Part shown: piece after piece, positions 52,115-64,000 of the stretch
Layout: each line of letters opens with the position of its first letter
Numbering within the stretch: the stretch's first letter is position 1
Assembly: GCA_964016885.1 (NCBI GenBank)
Contig: OZ024752.1
Coordinates: forward strand, 44,392,001-44,456,000
Source: Eledone cirrhosa
Lineage: Eukaryota
Reading direction: 5' to 3'
DNA length: 64,000 bases
Notes under the pieces: generated by a model
Database searches by the model: none
Told to the model about the DNA's origin: nothing
Seen by the model: only the letters and a program-made list of their open reading frames with translations
Translations under genes and position numbers: made by a program

Positions 52115-52435
52115 AGGACGATTTGTTAAGTCTTCATTCCATTTATTGAGTGGTGACATAAGTTTCACTATTGATCAGCTCAAGGTTGGATCTGTATTGA
52201 ACTGGTCCGACTCTGGATTCAAAAGCTCGTCGGAGATCTGTTGTAGAAAAGACAGAATCTCCGCATCGACTGCTCACCTGGATGAACCTACAGTAACTGC
52301 ACATTAGACTCCCTATATATATGACTCTGGGGTTATAATTATTATTATATATATAATTATATATATATATGTATATATATGTATATATGTATATATATAT
52401 GTATATATATATATATGTATATATATATGTATATA

Positions 52436-52502
<67 letters not shown>

Positions 52503-52881
52503 TTAATAAAAAGCTAAACAAAAGCAATCCCCCCTTCTTCCCTATCTAATTTCTCTGAAGGTATCACCAATGGTGACCTCTCCAGGTAACACGAATGGTG
52601 GCCTATTCGCGGTCTGTAGTCTATTTTTTTATCTGATTTAACTGTGATTAAATTATACAACAGATTGATGGTGAAAGAAGACTTGCACAATAAAACTACA
52701 CTTACTGGTCTTTAATGGAGCTGTTCCTGTCTTCTGAAATGATTTTCTAAACCCCCCACCCCCATTTATCTATATTCTTTTTCACAATTTTATTTCCCCA
52801 CCTCACCCTTTTGGCATTTGCAGAGTTTTGTATTTTTATTTCTCTACATCAATAAACAGAAACATACACACACACACACAG

Positions 52882-52923
<42 letters not shown>

Positions 52924-53017
52924 ATACAAAAAGAGTCAGGGCTTCGACAGCTAGATCCGAGTGTATATATACATATACACATATATATAATATACACAGA
53001 TACATATATCTACACAG

Positions 53018-53104
<87 letters not shown>

Positions 53105-55404
53105 CCCAGCATATCATAACATTTGGTATCCTTTATTAAAAAAATTTGTTTTAAATAATAAACTCCTAAAGACGTTTGTAATAATATGCTGGAGAATTGG
53201 TTTAAATTTTTATTTTTTACTGAAAGTGCATGAATATGCATACATATGCATGTGGGTGCATAATTAGGTTCAGAACTGTTCATCACCCAAGAGGTGACCA
53301 CTCCTAATCAAAAAATTGTTTCTGCATCTGTTCCCCCCCCCCCCCCCCCCCTCTATCATTCATTACCACTTTTATTGTTCCATATATTTTCAAACTTTAG
53401 TTCCACCCTACCTGAAGATTCTCATGAAATCTCTCTCTTCAGTAAACCTCCAGGAAATTCACTTCTCACTTCCCTTTCACCACAATAATGCTTCTATCAA
53501 CAAAAGAAAGAGTAAAAAGCAATTTATTTTGCTTAATATATGTATTGGTCAGGTGCCTGAGCAGCTCATATGTGGAGAGAGCTACGTTTAGCTTATTTCT
53601 GTGGTGTACAAAAGTCAAAATATTCCCAACATTAAAAAAAAATAAACCAATAAAAATATAAAATAACTAACAATATTTTCTTTGTTTTCAATTGAAACCC
53701 TTTCAGATCTGATTATTATAATAGTCAACATATTGAATAATTTCAGATAATGTTATCCTCCTCTGGAGAACTCTGATGAACTCCTTCCTTGTCTTTCTTT
53801 ATTCCTAGAATATATATAATTGCATGAATTCAGTTTGGGATAAATTTCATTAGAAAAATACTGACAATCTTCAGTTAATCCAGGTATGTTGGTTCATTCT
53901 GAATTCTATTTACTGATTAACCCTTTAGCATTTAAACCAGCCAGTCTCACCTCTTTCTGTTCAAACCAGCTATAACTGGCTGCTGAAGAACAAGTTTTCT
54001 TCAAGAAAGATACTTTATTGCCTACTTTATGGAGAAAAGCACAGTTGACATCAGCAGAATTTGATCTGAGCTAGAAACACTATGTCCTATGTACAAGACA
54101 TTACGATGCTCCACAAATTCTGCTAATTCACTGCCTTTTATTGCCATTCTCTCAATATATTGTATTTTAAACTTATTAAAAATCTAGTTTCTATAGTTAC
54201 CTATTCAAATATTGTTCACTTTGTTTATTTTAAGATTTTTTAAAATCACGTTCACTTTTATACTTTGTTTCAACATCATAAACTAAAACACAATATTTAC
54301 CGGTTCCATTTCAATGCACTAGCTTTATTTATTTATTCAATTTATGCGTTGGCAGACTTGTACTAAGAGAAAGGTTTTTTTTTCCATTTCCTTTCTGATC
54401 ATGAATTAATTCAATATTTTATCTTTCGAATTTGTTGTCCACTGTTAAAATATATAAAAAATTCCCTTCTATCCATTTCAAAACAAATAAAATAACTATT
54501 GTAAATCTCTGCAGTACTGTTATGGAAGAGATCAATACGACAGATAGAAAGCTTGAAATAACCTGATAGAAGTCACATCAACGAGGGTCAAATTTCAGTT
54601 TTTTTGGTTACTATTCTAGCTGAGATCAGATTCTCTTTTACAACCAGGAATCTAAATTTGGTCAGAGACATTTATTTGCTACTTATTCTGCAGCACAGGG
54701 AGGGGGGGATATTATAGATAGTAGGAGGTACTGTAGATAGGGAGGGGGAATATTATAGATAAGGAAGGGTAGATGTTGATAGGAAAACACAAGAATGAAC
54801 CTTCTTCTTAACCTACATATTCCTTGGAGGGGTGTGAGAGCAGGGTCCTTAAGTACTCCTTCTAGCAGTAACTCGCTTCAATTGATCCGGCTAGTTCACG
54901 GATGTTATCCAACCATCTTGCTCAGGGTCTCCTGCCAGTTGCTTTTGCCCATAAAATCTGTCGAGCGCTTCATTCCTGAGACATTCTGACCACAATACAT
55001 CACTGGGTTGTCAGTCAGGAGCTCCCAGTGTCACACCTGTGTGACCACAGTTGGTCCAGGAGTCCACTTCTCCCAGTGTCACACCTGTGCTAGTAGTCTA
55101 CCACAGTTTGTCCACTTCTATTGCAACTAACCCTCAGGTGACTATATCGTTATCCACCTGTTCTATAGTTGAACAGTTTTTATAGAAAACTGCTCACTTT
55201 AATACATTTAGTCTTATATTATAACCTACCAACAAAATATTATTTTAGAAATTCTTGTTAAGCAATATTCTAAATATCAGCTTAATAATAAATAAATATT
55301 TTCAAAATTAACTGAAACACAGAAGCAGTGTCTTTCATTAGAAATATGATGAAAGGGTTAAATGCTTTAATTAATCGTTGTATAATGTCTGCTTTAGCTG
55401 CTAG

Positions 55405-55510
55405 CTTTACAGCTGAATGATGTGGAGTAACGTTGAATAAAGTGTCTTGCTCAAGAACACAACCAAAACCTGGTCTGGGAATCGAATTCCCAATTATAAA
55501 ACCCGACACT
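55405..55510 (-). mobile_element. Family-B SINE 5' part
   Basis: The plus strand reads aaagtgtcttgctcaagaacac...gaatcgaa...ctctaaccactaagccatcc. Confidence 0.75.
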
Positions 55511-56400
55511 CTAACCACTAAGCCATCCACATAAACACTTCGCGCATGCGTAATTAAGGTAAATCGGTTTAGGAAAAATAATGGCTGCCTGAAGAACTTC
55601 GTGTTTTCCAACCTGAATAAACAAAACGTAAAAAACTTGGATTTTATTATTTTACGGAGGTAAATTATAGTTTTATTTGGCATACATGACTTTTAGCGGT
55701 CTGAAAAATGAAATGAAATTTATTTTCACTTTCAACGTCATGAAAATGAAACTACATTTATTGGAGGCTTCGATGACATTGTAGAGATCGATGAATCGAA
55801 ATACTTCCATAGAAAGTATCATCGTGGCCAGTGGAGACAAGACCACTGGGTCTTCGGCGCTGTTGAAGGCCATTCTGGACGCTGCTGTAGAAGTCCCAGA
55901 TGGAAACCGTGAGACTCGTACTGTGCCAAGAAGAAGCTTCGTCGCCAACATGGGACCAGCAATCCTTTATTTCCCTCATATCTAGCTGAGTTGGCGACAG
56001 AGAGTTGGTGCCAACAAGTTTGGCGAAATGCTGAACTGTATTGGAGCTATTTACAGGGTGTAGTAAAGATTTTTCTAAGGTTGGTAAATTTAAATTTTAT
56101 ATGCAACAAACGTTTAAATATGTAATTTTTTTCAACACACAGAACGGACTATCAACATTTACAGTCGAAAATGAAAATAATTAATGAAAATAAATGTAGT
56201 TTCATTTTTCAGACCGCTAAAAGTCATGTATGCCGTTTTATTTTGTGTTGAAGATTTTTATTGAAACATTTTATTTCCCTCCAAAATGTCAGAAATAATT
56301 ATTTAACGGATAGTTTACAACTGTCACTAGCACGTGGTGTTGTTATTCACTGTCTTATTTACTACCTGTTAATACGGACAGCTTGTTGTGTTCTCTACTT

Positions 56401-56433
<33 letters not shown>

Positions 56434-56958
56434 ATAGATGTCAGCTTCCACCCTCCAGTTTATATATACACACACGTATATATATATATATGTGTGTGTG
56501 TGTGTATAGATGTCAGCTTCCACCCTCCAGTTTATATATACACACACATATGTATATATATATATATATATGTGTATAGATGTCAGCTTCCACCTTCTAG
56601 TTTATATATACACACACGTGTATATATATATATATATGTGTGTGTGTATAGATGTCAGCTTCCACCCTCCAGTTTATATATACACACACGTATATATATA
56701 TATACATATGTGTGTGTGTGTATAGATGTCAGCTTCCACCTTCTAGTTTATATATACACACACATATATATATATTTATATAGTCCAGAAATAGCCGTCG
56801 AAACGGCTTGAGCTCTGCCGTCGGGGTCATACTTTCTCCTATTACCCACTCTACTACCCTAAGTATTGAGTACTCTGGTTCCTTACCACACCTCCTTCGC
56901 TATATATATATATGTCAACATCAATAAGAGAAGTGATACCGCCACCTAGTGTTCTCTA

Positions 56959-57014
<56 letters not shown>

Positions 57015-57855
57015 GATATAAAGATGTCAGCCACCCTATATCTGTGTATATATATATATACACAGATATAAAGATGTCAGCCACCCTCTAGTGTTCTCTA
57101 CTTTATCGAACACTTAGTATTTTAAAAGATTGTATTATGTCTACCCTCTGACTCCTACATTCCAGCGTGTGTATGTATATATATATACATAAATGTGTTT
57201 GTTGTGGTGCACCTGGGCACTGTGCACAATATTTCATTATTGTTATTGTTATTATATCATGACTCATACACTGTTTATTTTCCTGACATTTGTACATTAT
57301 TCTATGTACTATACATGCACCTTTGATGAGTTGTAGTGCACCTGAGCACTGTACACAATAATTTCATTATTATTATTATTATATAGATGTAGATATATAT
57401 AATGTATAGAGATATGGAAGTATTCTCTCTATCCGAGAAGCGATAAACCTAAGCGGTTGGTCCACTGTTTCTTGTTTGAGGTTGTTCCAGTGGTCGCACA
57501 TCCTGAAGGGGTTCCTAGGACTTGGTGCACCTCTAGCTTCATGTTGTGTCATCATGTAGTCCTGTTGAGCCTCTCTCAAAGGTACATTGTCACAGTTGGG
57601 ACACCTAATGTACTCTACCGGACTTTTCTGGTATTTTAAAAGCTTGTATTATATGTGTATATATAAAACATGGCCCTCTGGTCGCCTCTCAGTGTCAACG
57701 AAGCTACACCATGACGGGAGAATACTTTGGTGATCTAAACCCGATCACAGTATCTCGGAGCGGTGACTTTATATACACACATTCAGGCATCTTATTAGTA
57801 TGTTGTGTATATATATATATGTGTATGTTTATATATATGTATGTGTATATATATG

Positions 57856-57895
<40 letters not shown>

Positions 57896-58025
57896 TGTAT
57901 GTATATATATATATATGTATATGTATATATGTATGTATATATATATATGTATGTATATATATATATGTATGTATATATATATATGTATGTATATATATAT
58001 ATGTATGTATATATATATATGTATG

Positions 58026-58056
<31 letters not shown>

Positions 58057-58150
58057 GTATATATATATATGTATATATATATATGTATATATATATATGT
58101 ATATATATATATGTATATATATATATGTATATATATGTATGTATATGTAT
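55467..58150 (+). repeat. Direct duplication, copy 1
   Basis: Essentially identical to 61313-64000 (offset 5846-5848). Confidence 0.92.
55679..56234 (+). mobile_element. Merlin (IS1595/ISXO2-like) DNA transposon, internally deleted
   Basis: 35-bp TIRs GGCATACATGACTTTTAGCGGTCTGAAAAATGAAA and a 9-bp TSD gttttattt. Transposase remnants IVEIDESKYFHRKYHRGQWRQDHWVFGAVE, VEVPD and RRQHGTSNPLFPSYLAE. Confidence 0.92.
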
Positions 58151-58151
58151 G

Positions 58152-58184
<33 letters not shown>

Positions 58185-59043
58185 GTATATATATATATGT
58201 ATATATATATACATATATATATATGTATATATATGTATATATATATACATATATATATATGTATATATATGTATATATATATGTATATATATATGTATAT
58301 ATATATATATATGTATATATATATGTATATATATATATATGTATGTATATATATGTATATATATGTATGTATATATATGTATATATATATATATATGTAT
58401 ATATATGTATATATATATATATATGTATATATATGTATATATATATATATATGTATGTATATGTATATATATATATATATGTATGTATATATATATATAT
58501 ATATATGTATGTATATATATGTATATATATATATGTATATATATGTATGTATATATATATATGTATATATATGTATGTATATATATATATGTATATATAT
58601 GTATGTATATGTATATATATATGTATATATATATGTGTATATATATATGTATATATATATATGTATATATATGTATATATATATATGTGTATATATATGT
58701 GTATATATATGTATATATATATATGTATATATATATGTATATATATGTATATATATATATGTATATATATATATGTGTATATATATGTGATGTATATATA
58801 TATATGTATATATATATGTGTATATATATATGTATTATATATATATGTATATATATATATGTATCTATATGTGTATATGTATATATATATGTATATGTAT
58901 ATATGTGTATATATATGTATATATATATATGTATATATATATATGTATATATATATATGTATATATATATATGTATATATATATGTATATATATATATGT
59001 ATATATATATATGTATATATATTTATGTTAATATATATATATG

Positions 59044-59074
<31 letters not shown>

Positions 59075-59116
59075 GTATATATATTTATATATATATGATA
59101 TATATATGTATATATG

Positions 59117-59149
<33 letters not shown>

Positions 59150-59665
59150 GTAATATATTATATGTATATATATATATATTATATATATACGTATGATATA
59201 TATATGTATATGTATATATGTATTATATGTATATGTATATGTGTATATAGTATATGTGTATATATATATGTGTATATATATATGTGTATATATATATGTG
59301 TATATATATATGTGTATATTATATATGTGTATATATATATGTGTATATATATATGTGTATATATATATGTGTATATATATATATGTATATATATATATGT
59401 ATATATATATGTATGATATATATATGTATATATATATATGTATATATATATATGTTAATATATATATGTATATATATAGTATATGTATATATATGTACAT
59501 ATAATATACATATATATACATATATATATATATATACATATATATAATATATATATATATATATATACTATATATGTATATATATATATATATAGTATAT
59601 GTATATATATGTGTATATGGTATATATATATATGTGTATATATATATATGTGTATATATTTATAT

Positions 59666-59698
<33 letters not shown>

Positions 59699-59847
59699 GT
59701 ATATATATATATGTATATATATATATGTATATATATATATGTAGTATATATATATATATGTGTATATATATATATGTGTATATATATATATATATGTATA
59801 TATATGTATATATATATATAGTATATGTATATGTATATATATATATG

Positions 59848-59946
<99 letters not shown>

Positions 59947-60093
59947 GTATATGTATATATATATGTATGTATATATATATATATATGTTATATATATATA
60001 TATATAGTATATATATATATGTGTATATATATTATATATATATGTATAGTATATATATATATGTATATATATATATATGTATATATATATATG

Positions 60094-60148
<55 letters not shown>

Positions 60149-60201
60149 GTATATATATATGTATATATATGTATATATATATGTATATATATATGTATAT
60201 G

Positions 60202-60232
<31 letters not shown>

Positions 60233-61147
60233 GTAGTTGTCGTACAATGAAAAGAGCATCTGTGGTACTTTTGCCTGACACAAACCCGAACTGCATTTCA
60301 TCTAGATCGATTCTCTCTCTGATTAGTTGCGCTATTACTTTTTCCGTGACCTTCATGACCTGGTCGATTAATTTAATCCCTCTATAGTTACTCTGTCCTA
60401 GGGCGTCTCCTTTACCCTTGTAACAGTTAATGATGATGCTGCTACGCAGTCCTTCGGAACAACCCCAGTCAGTTCTGTACTATCAGGGTTGTATGCTGGG
60501 TTCGACCATGGTGTGTCCCACCGTTCCACATATATATATGTATGTATATATGTATGTATGTATATATGTATATATATATGTATGTATATATGTATGTATA
60601 TGTGTATATATATGTATATGTATGTATGTGTATGTATATGTATGTATATGTATGTATATGTATGTATATATATGTATGTATATGTATATATGTATGTATA
60701 GTGTATATGTATATGTATGTATGTATATATATGTATGTATGTATATATGTATGTATGTATATATGTATGTATGTATATATATGATGTATGTATGTATATG
60801 TATGTATGTATGTATATGTATATGTATGTATAGTATATGTATATGTATGTATGTATATATGTATATGTATGTATGTATGTATGTATGTATATGTATATGT
60901 ATGTATATGTATGTATATATATGTATGTATGTATATGTATGTATATATATATATGTATGTATATGTATGTATATATATATATGTATGTATGTATATATAT
61001 GTATTTATGTATGTATATATATATATGTATGTATATGTATGTATATATATATATGTATGTATGTATATATGTATATGTATGTATATATGTATATGTATGT
61101 ATGTATATATGTATATGTATGTATATATATGTATGTATATGTATAGT

Positions 61148-61201
<54 letters not shown>

Positions 61202-61312
61202 GTATGTGTATATATGTATGTATATATATGTATGTGTATATATGTAGTACATATACATATACATATGTATACATATACATATACATATGTATACATATAC
61301 ATATACATATAC
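57800..61312. repeat. Very long TA/TATG microsatellite region interrupted by an RTE fragment
   Basis: Directly visible. Confidence 0.95.
60232..60530 (-). mobile_element. Internal RT fragment of an RTE LINE
   Basis: [11 protein letters not shown]...[52 protein letters not shown], a paralog of the 1002-aa ORF. Confidence 0.9.
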
Positions 61313-62246
61313 AACCTGGTCTGGGAATCGAATTCCCAATTATAAAACCCGACACTCTAACCACTAAGCCATCCACATAAACACTTCGCGCATGCGTAAT
61401 TAAGGTAAATCGGTTTAGGAAAAATAATGGCTGCCTGAAGAACTTCGTGTTTTCCAACCTGAATAAACAAAACGTAAAAAACTTGGATTTTATTATTTTA
61501 CGGAGGTAAATTATAGTTTTATTTGGCATACATGACTTTTAGCGGTCTGAAAAATGAAATGAAATTTATTTTCACTTTCAACGTCATGAAAATGAAACTA
61601 CATTTATTGGAGGCTTCGATGACATTGTAGAGATCGATGAATCGAAATACTTCCATAGAAAGTATCATCGTGGCCAGTGGAGACAAGACCACTGGGTCTT
61701 CGGCGCTGTTGAAGGCCATTCTGGACGCTGCTGTAGAAGTCCCAGATGGAAACCGTGAGACTCGTACTGTGCCAAGAAGAAGCTTCGTCGCCAACATGGG
61801 ACCAGCAATCCTTTATTTCCCTCATATCTAGCTGAGTTGGCGACAGAGAGTTGGTGCCAACAAGTTTGGCGAAATGCTGAACTGTATTGGAGCTATTTAC
61901 AGGGTGTAGTAAAGATTTTTCTAAGGTTGGTAAATTTAAATTTTATATGCAACAAACGTTTAAATATGTAATTTTTTTCAACACACAGAACGGACTATCA
62001 ACATTTACAGTCGAAAATGAAAATAATTAATGAAAATAAATGTAGTTTCATTTTTCAGACCGCTAAAAGTCATGTATGCCGTTTTATTTTGTGTTGAAGA
62101 TTTTTATTGAAACATTTTATTTCCCTCCAAAATGTCAGAAATAATTATTTAACGGATAGTTTACAACTGTCACTAGCACGTGGTGTTGTTATTCACTGTC
62201 TTATTTACTACCTGTTAATACGGACAGCTTGTTGTGTTCTCTACTT

Positions 62247-62279
<33 letters not shown>

Positions 62280-62804
62280 ATAGATGTCAGCTTCCACCCT
62301 CCAGTTTATATATACACACACGTATATATATATATATGTGTGTGTGTGTGTATAGATGTCAGCTTCCACCCTCCAGTTTATATATACACACACATATGTA
62401 TATATATATATATATATGTGTATAGATGTCAGCTTCCACCTTCTAGTTTATATATACACACACGTGTATATATATATATATATGTGTGTGTGTATAGATG
62501 TCAGCTTCCACCCTCCAGTTTATATATACACACACGTATATATATATATACATATGTGTGTGTGTGTATAGATGTCAGCTTCCACCTTCTAGTTTATATA
62601 TACACACACATATATATATATTTATATAGTCCAGAAATAGCCGTCGAAACGGCTTGAGCTCTGCCGTCGGGGTCATACTTTCTCCTATTACCCACTCTAC
62701 TACCCTAAGTATTGAGTACTCTGGTTCCTTACCACACCTCCTTCGCTATATATATATATGTCAACATCAATAAGAGAAGTGATACCGCCACCTAGTGTTC
62801 TCTA

Positions 62805-62862
<58 letters not shown>

Positions 62863-63701
62863 GATATAAAGATGTCAGCCACCCTATATCTGTGTATATA
62901 TATATATACACAGATATAAAGATGTCAGCCACCCTCTAGTGTTCTCTACTTTATCGAACACTTAGTATTTTAAAAGATTGTATTATGTCTACCCTCTGAC
63001 TCCTACATTCCAGCGTGTGTATGTATATATATATACATAAATGTGTTTGTTGTGGTGCACCTGGGCACTGTGCACAATATTTCATTATTGTTATTGTTAT
63101 TATATCATGACTCATACACTGTTTATTTTCCTGACATTTGTACATTATTCTATGTACTATACATGCACCTTTGATGAGTTGTAGTGCACCTGAGCACTGT
63201 ACACAATAATTTCATTATTATTATTATTATATAGATGTAGATATATATAATGTATAGAGATATGGAAGTATTCTCTCTATCCGAGAAGCGATAAACCTAA
63301 GCGGTTGGTCCACTGTTTCTTGTTTGAGGTTGTTCCAGTGGTCGCACATCCTGAAGGGGTTCCTAGGACTTGGTGCACCTCTAGCTTCATGTTGTGTCAT
63401 CATGTAGTCCTGTTGAGCCTCTCTCAAAGGTACATTGTCACAGTTGGGACACCTAATGTACTCTACCGGACTTTTCTGGTATTTTAAAAGCTTGTATTAT
63501 ATGTGTATATATAAAACATGGCCCTCTGGTCGCCTCTCAGTGTCAACGAAGCTACACCATGACGGGAGAATACTTTGGTGATCTAAACCCGATCACAGTA
63601 TCTCGGAGCGGTGACTTTATATACACACATTCAGGCATCTTATTAGTATGTTGTGTATATATATATATGTGTATGTTTATATATGTATGTGTATATATAT
63701 G

Positions 63702-63741
<40 letters not shown>

Positions 63742-63871
63742 TGTATGTATATATATATATATGTATATGTATATATGTATGTATATATATATATGTATGT
63801 ATATATATATATGTATGTATATATATATATGTATGTATATATATATATGTATGTATATATATATATGTATG

Positions 63872-63902
<31 letters not shown>

Positions 63903-64000
63903 GTATATATATATGTATATATATATATGTATATATATATATGTATATATATATATGTATATATATATATGTATATATATGTATGTATATGTATGTATAT
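61313..64000 (+). repeat. Direct duplication, copy 2 (runs off the window)
   Basis: Matches 55467 onward. Confidence 0.92.
61525..62080 (+). mobile_element. Merlin element, duplicated copy
   Basis: Identical to 55679-56234 including the TSD and flanks. Confidence 0.92.

Noticed and set aside
55673-55985. ORF-track peptides over the Merlin element
   Set aside because: Wrong frame or strand for most of their length. The transposase remnant is split across plus-strand frames without a start codon.
56410-56780. Constant repeat (gtatagatgtcagcttccacc.tc.agttt) x6 with variable spacers, CRISPR-like
   Set aside because: The spacers are TA/CA/TG microsatellite variants, the context is eukaryotic, and there are no cas genes.

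Overview
Eukaryotic, very AT-rich animal DNA saturated with microsatellites. The SINE and LINE content suggests a coleoid cephalopod, probably Octopus (inference). Almost all ORFs in the supplied track are microsatellite translations. Supported content: (1) a spliced plus-strand gene of unknown identity, 7 phase-compatible exons at 33363-46060 giving about 332 aa, 5' end unresolved; (2) an RTE-clade LINE with an uninterrupted 1002-aa endonuclease-RT ORF containing a PHD-like finger, antisense in an intron and fused at its 3' end to half a SINE; (3) many SINEs, LINE fragments, MITEs, a Helitron-like end and an internally deleted Merlin transposon, the last inside a direct duplication of at least 2.7 kb; (4) several Penelope/retrozyme-like elements carrying hammerhead ribozyme folds, most strikingly a perfect 430-bp zero-spacer palindrome that puts a hammerhead on each strand; (5) a 957-bp foldback with 213-bp perfect arms ending in Helitron-like CTAG; (6) scattered exon-like segments with nonsense codons, possibly decayed genes on both strands.
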